Shown here: positions 55,465-64,000 of the stretch, piece by piece | How the letters are laid out: each line of letters begins with the position of its first letter | Position numbering within the stretch: the first letter of the stretch is position 1 | Source of the DNA: a virus | Lineage: Duplodnaviria; Caudoviricetes | IMG/VR virus record: IMGVR_UViG_2671180233_000001 | Span: 21,041 to 85,040 of that record | Direction: 5' to 3' (one strand) | DNA length: 64,000 nucleotides | Translations under genes and position numbers: made by a program | Notes under the pieces: model-generated | Databases searched by the model: none | Told to the model about the DNA's origin: nothing | The model's input: the letters and a program-made list of their open reading frames with translations, nothing else

Positions 55465-55603
55465 TTTAACTCAACCTTGTGCATATCTACAAACCATAAA
55501 CGGTACCGATGGTAAGTCTGTAATGCTATGGGCTGTAGATACGGTAGCAAAGTATAATGATTGTAAAATCAGGCATGGTGCGCTTGTTAAGGCGGTTCAA
55601 TAG
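55310..55603 (+). CDS. Outer-membrane spanin lipoprotein (Rz1-like); true start probably further downstream
   Basis: Overlaps Rz in another frame; lipobox MAAC; P..LTQPC...YNDC..RH. Confidence 0.7.
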   Translation: MKQQKQNNKSKLKQLHVKFKKSLNVLCTLTIVLMMAACSNSTVLSKPTIPSNLTQPCAYLQTINGTDGKSVMLWAVDTVAKYNDCKIRHGALVKAVQ

Positions 55604-55612
55604 TATTTAATT

Positions 55613-56275
55613 TTACCTATTCGGACCAAACATTCCTGATTTTACCAATAATTCCCATACTTTTTTAATCGCTTGTCCAGTTTCTTGGTTTACGAACAAC
55701 GATGATCTTTTGCCATGTGGCTTACCTAAAAGATAGGGAGTGATAGTTTCCCATGACTCTGAAAAATCACTATATTTTGAATATTGAATAGCTTTGTCTA
55801 ATAGTAATGGCATAACTGTAGGCAATGATATAGTCCCATCTTGATGAATATCACCATACCAATGACATGTCACTTTTATAGGGGTTGCTGAAGAATTATA
55901 TAGTTTCACATTTATTCTTTCTGCTTTGATAAATGCTCCAGTACTCTTTAACTCTTCAACTGAGTCAATTACTTTTTGTCCATCATCATATGGACATGTT
56001 ATAAATCCATGTGCAAAGAAAACACTATGATCCAATCCTTCATAGCCACAATCTCTATGGGGCACAATAACTTCCCGCTTTCTTTTATTGGTGTTAATTA
56101 AAGGGTGCCATTCTGGATACCAATCAATTATAGGCCCCAACTCTTCAAATAAGTTTTCTAAAAAAACAGAACTTTTAGCCTTCTCTACATCACTTAAGTC
56201 GGTTAAGTTTGATAATAAATATCTTTTAGCCGACTCTTTACCATCATGAATTTCTTCATCTGCTCTAAAAGCCAT
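55613..56275 (-). CDS. Hypothetical moron protein
   Basis: 220-aa ORF with GGAG RBS; YPEWHPL and GLDH motifs of unknown family. Confidence 0.6.
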   Translation of the reverse strand: MAFRADEEIHDGKESAKRYLLSNLTDLSDVEKAKSSVFLENLFEELGPIIDWYPEWHPLINTNKRKREVIVPHRDCGYEGLDHSVFFAHGFITCPYDDGQKVIDSVEELKSTGAFIKAERINVKLYNSSATPIKVTCHWYGDIHQDGTISLPTVMPLLLDKAIQYSKYSDFSESWETITPYLLGKPHGKRSSLFVNQETGQAIKKVWELLVKSGMFGPNR

Positions 56276-56378
56276 AAATAATTACTCCAATTAATAATTT
56301 AGTCATGATATTTAAATTTAATGCATAAAACAACAATATTATGCGCAATGTTTAAATTTCATGTTTTAGTTTTAAGAT

Positions 56379-56993
56379 TTAAGGCTTTAGTTCTTGTTTA
56401 TATTGTTCAATATCAAATAATTTAAAAAATTCACCGGCATTCTGCTTATTAGATGAAAGCCAGTCATCTCGTAAATCTTTTGGTACCACTACAACGGATC
56501 TCTTTTCATCTTCCGGTTTATGAAACTGCTTCATCATGTCATGATGTTCTGCATTTACAGTGAGCATAGTAAATGATCGAATTATTTCATCTTCAATTTT
56601 TGTGATTTCATATAGGCCGGCTATTGTGAAGATTTCACCATCTTTGCGTTCAATGCCATAGCTGTGTGCTTTTCCATTTATATATTTGGGTTCATAGATT
56701 TTTTGAACCGGGATTAAACAGAATTGAGATCTTGCCCAAGATTCACGAAAACTTGGTTTCGATGCTACAGTTTCGGTCCGAGCATTATATGTAAAGCGGC
56801 TAAATTTCTTATCGTCTGTCCATTTCGGTACTAATCCAAACTGCGCCTCTCGCCATTCCCAGCCAGATTCACTTTTAAAAATAATAGGTGAAGTATAGCC
56901 AGGGTAGATGTCATCTCTATAATCAAAAGTCGGCTCAAACATATCCAGCTGATATGCCTGTATTTTGGCAATAGGTTTAAAGTTTGCGCACAT
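56379..56993 (-). CDS. SRAP (YedK/HMCES-like) abasic-site protein
   Basis: Starts MCANF (catalytic Cys2); FGLVP.W, YNARTETV..KPSF, YEP and SFTMLT.NA. Confidence 0.9.
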   Translation of the reverse strand: MCANFKPIAKIQAYQLDMFEPTFDYRDDIYPGYTSPIIFKSESGWEWREAQFGLVPKWTDDKKFSRFTYNARTETVASKPSFRESWARSQFCLIPVQKIYEPKYINGKAHSYGIERKDGEIFTIAGLYEITKIEDEIIRSFTMLTVNAEHHDMMKQFHKPEDEKRSVVVVPKDLRDDWLSSNKQNAGEFFKLFDIEQYKQELKP

Positions 56994-57522
56994 CATAACA
57001 CCTGCATTAATTTCAACCGGAAAGAGGACCATCATTCACTATAAGTGGTGAGTTAATCATGCTTTAAACGATAAATATAGCAAAAATTATATTGCTTCTA
57101 ATGTTAGACAAGCTTTACTTTATTACAAACGTCATGATGAGCTGTACTGATTGATAGTCTATATGAACTTCATATGCGGTGTATTAACGGAATCATTAGA
57201 CGAAGTTGCTAACGTTAGTATAAGACGTGTAACGTTACGCTAATTTGTGCGGTTTTTTATTAAATTGTGCGAAATAATCATTGCTCACAACAAACGTTGT
57301 ATATACTATACTAATAACAAACCTTGACGACCAACTAGTTGCCAAGGTGTTTTTATCTTAAGGAGGACACTATGAACATGCATATCCGTGAGGTTAGCAC
57401 TCTTCATCTAACCTCTGTATCAATTCTTTATTTTCACCTTGTAGAATACCGACAATGATGTGCCATTAATTGTAATAAAAATTTTTAAAATAATGGTAAA
57501 TATTAAACAGGTGAGGTGTATT

Positions 57523-58047
57523 ATGAATAACGATAATGTTAGATTTTCAGCATTAGACATTGCAAATTTCATTGTTGACTATGCAAATAATGAAATGAAG
57601 TATAAAAATTTAACGCCAATTAAGCTACAAAAAATATTGTATTATGTTTATGTAAATTGTTTAACTAAGCATAATTATAAGTTATTTGATGATTCTATTG
57701 AAAAATGGAAATTTGGACCTGTTGTGAATCGTGTTTATCATAGTTTTAAAACCTATGGTACTTCGCATATAGATGCTACAGTAGACAATTATAAGTTTAC
57801 TGATAGAGCTGATGGAGGGTTTAGTTTTGAAATTATTCCGTTTAATAAAAGAATTATAGAAAATTCTTTAGTGGCAGATGAAATTAAAGCTACAATTAAT
57901 CAATATATTGATATGGCTCCTTTCGATTTAGTAGAAAAAACTCATAAAGAAATCCCTTGGAAAAAATTTGAGTCTGATATTTTAAGTGGAATTAAGGGCT
58001 TAGTTTATTCTGATGAAGAGCTAATTAATTACTTTGGTAATAAATGA
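57523..58047 (+). CDS. Panacea-domain (DUF4065/SocA/GepA) antitoxin
   Basis: LTPIKLQKILYY, LF..IEKWKFGPVV..VY and L...THKE.PW. Confidence 0.88.
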   Translation: MNNDNVRFSALDIANFIVDYANNEMKYKNLTPIKLQKILYYVYVNCLTKHNYKLFDDSIEKWKFGPVVNRVYHSFKTYGTSHIDATVDNYKFTDRADGGFSFEIIPFNKRIIENSLVADEIKATINQYIDMAPFDLVEKTHKEIPWKKFESDILSGIKGLVYSDEELINYFGNK

Positions 58048-58069
58048 TTTAAAATATAGGGGCTGGTAG

Positions 58070-59014
58070 GTGGAAATACAAGGAAATATTTTAGATGAAT
58101 TTCTTAAGCGCCTAATTACCAGCCCAGCCAGTAAAGAAGCTATTCAAAGTTTATTGGAGGCATTTGAGGAAGTAGTTAAAATTAGAAAATGCTTGCCAAA
58201 CTTTGATATTCCATATGATGATATTACTGAGTTTATTTACCAATACAATGGTGATATAAATATTGATGATCTTGAATCTTTAATGGGACAAGTTGAAAAA
58301 TTATGCATAAAAAAGTTTCCTAATGATTCGAGTAACAAACATCCAACACATAAATGTTTTTATAAATTCAAACAGCATATATATTTGGCAACAACTCAAA
58401 AAAATTATATTCAAAAAATATCGGAAGATGCTTCTAAAATTGCGAAACAGGCTGAGAAAGATGCTACATATGCAAAAAAACAAGCTGGTAAAGCTAAAAA
58501 ACTTACTCAAGGCATGGTCGCAAATTACGTTTCAATTTTAGGTATTTTTGCGACAATTATTATCACGGTATTTGGTGGGATTAATTTAATAAGTTCTACA
58601 GTGAAATTGCTTGAAGATAATTCAAGGTTATCCTTTTTAGTATTTGTAGTATCTTTCCTTATGGCATGTTTATTAACACTTGTACGGATGCTTACAACTT
58701 GGATAAGTTCAATAAATAGATTTGAAGAAAAAGATGAAACTACTTTAAATGAAAAAGAAATATCCATAAAAGCTGTATGGACATGGTTTACTAACACGCT
58801 AGGTAATATTGTTAATTGGTCACTGTATACAAAAGCAATGCTATTTCTCGGTATTTTAATAATTGGTAGTTTAATTTGTATCATATGTAATTCCAATGCA
58901 GTTTTCCATAAAAATGGATTTACTGAATTTGATGATATGAAAAAAGTTCACAATCAAAGTACAACTGGTATTAATATCAATATAAACCCTGAAGAAAAGA
59001 AAAATGCTCCTTAA
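58070..59014 (+). CDS. Membrane protein, putative cognate toxin of the Panacea antitoxin
   Basis: Directly downstream; coiled coil then YVSILGIFATII..FGG and further TM helices. Confidence 0.6.
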   Translation: MEIQGNILDEFLKRLITSPASKEAIQSLLEAFEEVVKIRKCLPNFDIPYDDITEFIYQYNGDINIDDLESLMGQVEKLCIKKFPNDSSNKHPTHKCFYKFKQHIYLATTQKNYIQKISEDASKIAKQAEKDATYAKKQAGKAKKLTQGMVANYVSILGIFATIIITVFGGINLISSTVKLLEDNSRLSFLVFVVSFLMACLLTLVRMLTTWISSINRFEEKDETTLNEKEISIKAVWTWFTNTLGNIVNWSLYTKAMLFLGILIIGSLICIICNSNAVFHKNGFTEFDDMKKVHNQSTTGINININPEEKKNAP

Positions 59015-59036
59015 AACAATAAGGTAAAGTTACTTT

Positions 59037-59255
59037 TTATTCTCTCACCACGTCCACATATCTCAACCGATTCTTGCAAATATAATATTGTGCATCACTC
59101 TGAGTCCCAAATTGTTTTGCTATATCTTTATTGCTATCAAATCGTCGTATTGTTAGGTGCATTTCAGAAATATCAGAATAATCCTGATATTCTTCAATAA
59201 CTTCAATTGACGTTGTTAAATATTTGCCATCTTTTTTTATATACCAAGGTCTCAT
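59037..59255 (-). CDS. Hypothetical protein
   Basis: 72-aa ORF. Confidence 0.4.
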   Translation of the reverse strand: MRPWYIKKDGKYLTTSIEVIEEYQDYSDISEMHLTIRRFDSNKDIAKQFGTQSDAQYYICKNRLRYVDVVRE

Positions 59256-59464
59256 AATTTGATTTCGTTACAAATTCAAGGCAAATATTAAACAATGAGG
59301 AATAAAAATTCAAATTAAAAAAAGAGGTTGATAATCAGTAATGCGACTATCTGTGACGTTCAAAATTGTATCTGATGCTTCATTAAACCACTACATAAAT
59401 ATAATGGATTGCTAACGCTAGATATCATATTTATTAGTTAATCATATACCCGAGGAAAATAAAC

Positions 59465-59605
59465 ATGACTAACAAATCAGATCAAGAGTTAAATGAGCAA
59501 AAAGAATCCAATGATGACAAAGGAAATCAGGACTCTTATCAGAATTCAAAACCTGAGAAAAAACCGAACAAGGAACCTGAGAATCCGCTTAGAGAGCAGA
59601 AATAA
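59465..59605 (+). CDS. Small hydrophilic 46-aa protein
   Basis: GAGG RBS; MTNKSDQELNEQKES...EQK*; below the ORF track cutoff. Confidence 0.45.
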   Translation: MTNKSDQELNEQKESNDDKGNQDSYQNSKPEKKPNKEPENPLREQK

Positions 59606-59755
59606 GTGAAAACTGATATTTATACTCTATAGATTTGACAGGATTTTTGACAGACTTCTATCAAATACAATGATACACTATTTGAGATAGCTATTGTAAT
59701 GCATTGATTTATAAGGCATGTAATATGATAGAGTATAATTAAATAGTATTAAAAT

Positions 59756-59781
59756 AGGTTCGAGTCCTTGATCCTCTGCCA
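59756..59781 (+). other. attR: 3' fragment of a tRNA (probably tRNA-Ser)
   Basis: AGGTTCGAGTCCTTGATCCTCTGCCA = partial T-arm, acceptor strand, G discriminator and CCA; no 5' half upstream. Confidence 0.75.
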
Positions 59782-59787
59782 ATATTC

Positions 59788-59820
59788 AAAAAAACCTGTT
59801 GAAATATAACAGGTTTTTTT
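59788..59820 (+). terminator. Terminator after the tRNA fragment
   Basis: AAAAAACCTGTT...AACAGGTTTTTTT. Confidence 0.75.
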
Positions 59821-60263
59821 ATGTCTAAAATTTTAACCCACATAATAGCCCACATAAAATTTTTGATTAGTTTGGTTTCTGTTGGAAGAAGTTAGAAGCT
59901 TTTGGACAGTTGTTTAGATTTGTAGGTTATTCATCACTTTTGAAAAATAAAAATAACTTTTAACTTTTGATAGGATTTTAGTGGTCTCAAAAGTTTTAAG
60001 CTAGCTAACTGTTTTGTTCAAGATATGTAATCAAATATTTTAACCACTGAATCTATGTTAATCCCTACCATTTGTATCTCGTATAAGATTTTGGCCTATA
60101 TTCATCTAATACTTAGTCTTAATTTTCCTGATAAATAAGAAATAAGAACTTGGAATTAATGTAAAAATATCTGAGAATTGTATAGAAAATTAATGGGAAT
60201 TAATGGTTTACTGGCTTTGAATTCTTATTGTAGTTTTGTTTATTACCCTTAAGAGCATAATAT

Positions 60264-61769
60264 ATGGATCAGGAAAAAATAATGCAGAATGATGCACTAG
60301 ATGTGGCAGAAGATAGTGCAAGTAGTGGTTTAAATAATATCTTAACTGAGCAAGTTAGCCAATCTATCGATGATCTTGCAGGGGCAATCATTGAACAGTT
60401 AGTAGCGGATGAGCGGTTTAAAAAGTTATTCAATCAGCCTCAGCGTAGTGACCAACCAAGAAAACAACGGTTGTTGGCTAGGCAAAAAAATAAGGAACAG
60501 CACTATCTATTACTAGAGGATTTAGTTGCCCAAGATAATAATGGTCTAGCATTGAGCATTAAGGCTGACCAATTTGCGAAAGAATATTTACAGGTTGTAG
60601 ATATTTTATATCGGGAACTTGAAGCTGAGTATAATGATTTTCCAGTTAAACATCATAAAACAAATTCGTATCTACAACGGCTTCTTGTGGGGGATAGCCG
60701 GAACTTACAGACTTTAATGCGGATAGAAGTTTTTATGCTGACTTTATTACAGCAAAGTACGCCTGCATTTTTATATTCTAAAGAGCAAATGCCACAGATA
60801 AAGCTTGAAAGTTCCAAACAGTTAGAACAAAGAGTGACTCGTTTAGGTCGAGAGTTTTTATTTCTTTGGAGCGAAATGGACTTTATAAAACAATTGAACG
60901 GAGGTTACTTCACCCGCAATGTGCAACTTCTTGCAGATTTCTTTTGGCACCAAGATCCTTCAATCAAAAAATTTAGTGGATTTAAAATCATAAAAAGGGA
61001 CGCAAATCCTGAGTCATTAAAAGAGTTAAGTGATCTGTTTATTGAACTGGTAGGTTTTGCTCGGAGAGGTAAGTTTCAACCTAATACAAGGGATCATCGT
61101 CCAAGAGCTGGATTTGTTGAACCTGATACTGAAATCGTCAAACCAAGCTCTATTGCGATGACTAAAGACTGGATTAAACGGTCGCAACAACTGCAGGAGG
61201 CTATTGACTATTTCAGAAGGTATAAACAAAAAAATATTGTTCTATATCGTTTTCAAATACAATTAAAACTTAAAAATAGTAAAGTGCCTTATGAGCAATT
61301 CCAGAAGTTTTTTGGCATAGTAAATAAAAAAGCAGTTAGACCACAGGGCTTCAAGGGGTATTTGGATTTCTTGTACTTTTGGAAAGAAAATTTTATTACC
61401 CAAAACCTTATACAGGATATGATTATTATTCTGGATGCTAGCTCTCTCATAGATATACCTGAACAAGATGATCAAAAAGCAAAGCTTCGGGACATTCCTG
61501 CTGAATTCCTTGAATACATGCGAATGATACTAAATGAGAATTCCGAAATTTTTGGGGATCGGAAACCTATTCTAAAGCTTTATCCTATTCCTGTTATGCA
61601 AAGTAAGGCGTGGGACATACCAGCAGAATTGATTATTGAAACAGATGATAAGGTAAAAAGAGCGTTTTTTGAAGATCGTATTTTGCCTTACTTTGTGTAT
61701 ATGGAAACATTTGATGTGAATTACTCTGACGACATTAAAAACCGTTTTAAGCGAGGACAAAAAAGTTAA
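60264..61769 (+). CDS. Hypothetical island protein, possibly a divergent YagK/inovirus Gp2-like protein
   Basis: 501-aa ORF; weak resemblance (IVLYRF.I.L...FKGYLDF) to the 63455 ORF. Confidence 0.45.
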   Translation: MDQEKIMQNDALDVAEDSASSGLNNILTEQVSQSIDDLAGAIIEQLVADERFKKLFNQPQRSDQPRKQRLLARQKNKEQHYLLLEDLVAQDNNGLALSIKADQFAKEYLQVVDILYRELEAEYNDFPVKHHKTNSYLQRLLVGDSRNLQTLMRIEVFMLTLLQQSTPAFLYSKEQMPQIKLESSKQLEQRVTRLGREFLFLWSEMDFIKQLNGGYFTRNVQLLADFFWHQDPSIKKFSGFKIIKRDANPESLKELSDLFIELVGFARRGKFQPNTRDHRPRAGFVEPDTEIVKPSSIAMTKDWIKRSQQLQEAIDYFRRYKQKNIVLYRFQIQLKLKNSKVPYEQFQKFFGIVNKKAVRPQGFKGYLDFLYFWKENFITQNLIQDMIIILDASSLIDIPEQDDQKAKLRDIPAEFLEYMRMILNENSEIFGDRKPILKLYPIPVMQSKAWDIPAELIIETDDKVKRAFFEDRILPYFVYMETFDVNYSDDIKNRFKRGQKS

Positions 61770-61852
61770 GTTGTTTATAATGAATGGGAGGATTGGAAGA
61801 GTTAAGCAAAGTTAGTGTTGTGCCTACATAGAACAGATATACTGGTATAAAT

Positions 61853-63048
61853 TGGAATAGTCTCAATCTGATCGGACACTGCTCTTGAAAAAGAGAAAGT
61901 TACCCGTTTTGATAAAGGTGTCGAATCTTAATCAAACAAAGGTAACTTTCTTATGTTGCATACTAACAACCAAATCATCAAACACAAAGTAGGCTTGCTC
62001 AATTTGGCTGAAGAACTTCAGAATGTTTCTAAAGCCTGTAAAGTCATGGGTGTTTCAAGAGACACCTTCTATCGTTATCAAGAGTTAGTCCAGTCAGGAG
62101 ATGTTGATGCGCTCATCAATAAATCCAGGCGGGTTCCTAACTTAAAAAATCGTGTAGATGATGCCACAGAACAAGCCGTTATTGATTTTGCAATCCAATA
62201 TCCAGCTTATGGTCAGCATCGTACCAGTAATGAACTACGCAAGAACGGAGTATTCGTTTCAGGAAGTGGTGTCCGTTCGATTTGGTTGCGCCATGAGCTT
62301 GAGAACTTTAAGAAACGACTAAAAGCGTTGGAAGCCAAGGTAGCACGAGATGGTATTGAATTGAATGATCATCAGATTGCAGCACTTGAACGTAAGCATG
62401 AAGATGACGTAGCCTGTGGTGAAATTGAAACAGCCCATCCAGGTTATCTGGGTGCACAGGATACGTTTTACGTTGGTAATCTCAAAGGTGTTGGACGCAT
62501 CTATCAACAAACGTTTATTGATACCTATAGCAAGGTTGTTCATTGCAAGCTCTATACAACCAAAACGCCCATTACAGCTGCTGATTTGTTGAATGATCGG
62601 GTTCTACCATTCTATCAAACTCAAAACTTACCCATGCTTCGTATCCTGACAGACAGGGGCACAGAATATTGTGGGAAGGTAGAACAACATGATTATGAGC
62701 TGTATTTAGCGATTAATGATATTGATCACACGAAAACCAGAGCAGCATCCCCTCAAACGAATGGGATTTGTGAGCGTTTCCACAAGACGATCTTACAGGA
62801 GTTTTATCAAATTACTTTTAGGAAAAAATTGTATAGTACTCTAGAAGATTTGCAGTCTGATCTGGACGAATGGCTAAAATTCTATAATACTGAACGAACT
62901 CATCAAGGCAAAATGTGCTGTGGTCGAACACCGCTAGAAACATTACTTGATGGAAAGAGAATTTGGGCTGAGAAGAATTTAGCTCAAATTTAACCTGACA
63001 GGCACATTAAAAAATGGGTAACTGTCTGATCAGATTTGAGCCAGTACA
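61853..63048 (+). mobile_element. IS481-family insertion sequence
   Basis: Imperfect ~28-bp terminal IRs (TGGAATAGTCTCAATCTGATCGGACACT / ACTGTCTGATCAGATTTGAGCCAGTACA); 7-bp target duplication TATAAAT at 61846-52 and 63049-55. Confidence 0.9.
61953..62993 (+). CDS. IS481-family DDE transposase
   Basis: N-terminal HTH; QDTFYVG, LTDRGTEY and PQTNGICERF. Confidence 0.95.
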   Translation: MLHTNNQIIKHKVGLLNLAEELQNVSKACKVMGVSRDTFYRYQELVQSGDVDALINKSRRVPNLKNRVDDATEQAVIDFAIQYPAYGQHRTSNELRKNGVFVSGSGVRSIWLRHELENFKKRLKALEAKVARDGIELNDHQIAALERKHEDDVACGEIETAHPGYLGAQDTFYVGNLKGVGRIYQQTFIDTYSKVVHCKLYTTKTPITAADLLNDRVLPFYQTQNLPMLRILTDRGTEYCGKVEQHDYELYLAINDIDHTKTRAASPQTNGICERFHKTILQEFYQITFRKKLYSTLEDLQSDLDEWLKFYNTERTHQGKMCCGRTPLETLLDGKRIWAEKNLAQI

Positions 63049-63454
63049 TATAAATTTAGAGAGCCTTAATTCTTGTTTGTATTTTGAACTTGAATAGGGC
63101 TTATAATTAGTAACATCTGATAGCTTCAAATCCCTCTCCCATCGAGCTTTACTGCTTTATCTCCTTAACCTCTCATTGTACATATGACTTAAAAAATCGC
63201 TGGGATATAAATTTAATTATAATTACATAACTTATAAATCCATATGTACTCAGTATGTATTCAAAACCATGTTCGCTAAAAAAAATCTATAAATCATACG
63301 AGTGTACAACTATAAATTATTTCTTTCTAAAAATCTAAGATTAGAAAATCTCATGATTGGTATTAAAGAATTTTCATTTCTGATTCATCAAACCCTTGGG
63401 TAGTTAATTACAGAGTCATCTCTCCTATGGGTTAGGACCATAGGAGATACTTAC

Positions 63455-64000
63455 ATGAATCACAATGAAATACTCATTCAGATCGAAGACTTGATGCTGG
63501 ATATTTGTTCTGACAAATATCATTGGAAAGAAGTTCAATACGAACTTGAAGATTATTGGGAAGTTGCTACTAATATTTATGATCCTGACCTTGAATATTC
63601 ACCCATGTTACAAGCTTACTTTGACTTGATGTCGATTCATAGTTCATCAAGGCTTACATGTAGAACAAGCTCAAATAGATCATTGTTCCATTCACGGTCT
63701 AATTTTCTCAATTTCTGTGATGGCCTATTGGACGAACATCAAGCTTTTATTAAAAAGCATAAACGACAACGCCGACGTAATTTTATTGTCCTTAAAGACA
63801 ACTTTGAAGCGTTATTGGATAGACATTGTAAATTACTACTGGTACGTGTCGATGTCAGTTATCCCTATGAGGTAGATATTGATATCCACCGATTTAATGC
63901 TGACCTCCAAATTCTTCGAAAACGTATTAGTGACCGTCGGCATTGCTTTAAAGGTGTACTGGATTATGCATGGGCGATTGAACAGGGACGAGACAAAAGC
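63455..64000 (+). CDS. YagK/YfjJ (inovirus Gp2-like) protein, 3'-truncated by the window edge
   Basis: MNHNEILIQIE...KLLLVRVDVSY...FKGVLDYAWAIEQG; AGGAG RBS. Confidence 0.75.
   Translation, partial: MNHNEILIQIEDLMLDICSDKYHWKEVQYELEDYWEVATNIYDPDLEYSPMLQAYFDLMSIHSSSRLTCRTSSNRSLFHSRSNFLNFCDGLLDEHQAFIKKHKRQRRRNFIVLKDNFEALLDRHCKLLLVRVDVSYPYEVDIDIHRFNADLQILRKRISDRRHCFKGVLDYAWAIEQGRDKS

Larger units (their letters stand above)
1..59781 (+). mobile_element. Integrated P1-like (contractile-tail) prophage, right part
   Basis: Head, tail, baseplate, terminase and lysis genes resembling P1 Pro, PacB, gp23, sheath, DarA and DdrB; ends at a tRNA 3' fragment. Confidence 0.85.

Noticed and set aside
59700-59781. 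Complete tRNA gene
   Set aside because: Only part of the T-arm and the acceptor 3' strand are present; upstream DNA is AT-rich with no D or anticodon arm
804-62543. Numerous short ORFs nested in or antisense to long genes (e.g. 804-1061, 15914-16306, 21892-22458, 52820-53215)
   Set aside because: They overlap well-supported genes and show no recognisable motifs; treated as shadow ORFs

Overview
AT-rich, Acinetobacter-like DNA. Positions 1 to ~59781 are the right part of a large P1-like myovirus prophage, ending at a tRNA 3' fragment (probably tRNA-Ser, likely attR). It encodes terminases, prohead protease, capsid, portal, sheath, tube, baseplate, tail fibre, tape measure, DarA/DdrB/Hdf-like proteins and a lysis cassette. 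The structural genes are split into many small operons, nearly all preceded by TGGAAC-N29-[-10 box], a probable phage late promoter. Between them sit accessory genes: xseAB, a TonB-C protein, DUF4365 and GIY-YIG nucleases, a Tad1-like sponge, a BLUF photoreceptor, RosmerTA-like, PARIS and Panacea TA modules, HicB and SRAP. Most notable: (i) two LPD3/BECR-type domains, each followed by an antisense sigma70 promoter and a structured small RNA; (ii) a split tail sheath whose N-terminal module is also fused to a ~1170-aa LRR protein, co-transcribed with a processive GT2 glycosyltransferase; (iii) a recurring FD[S/G/A] motif in head proteins. Beyond attR lies a second island with an IS481 element and a YagK/inovirus-Gp2-like gene. 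All family assignments come from motif recognition by eye, not database searches.
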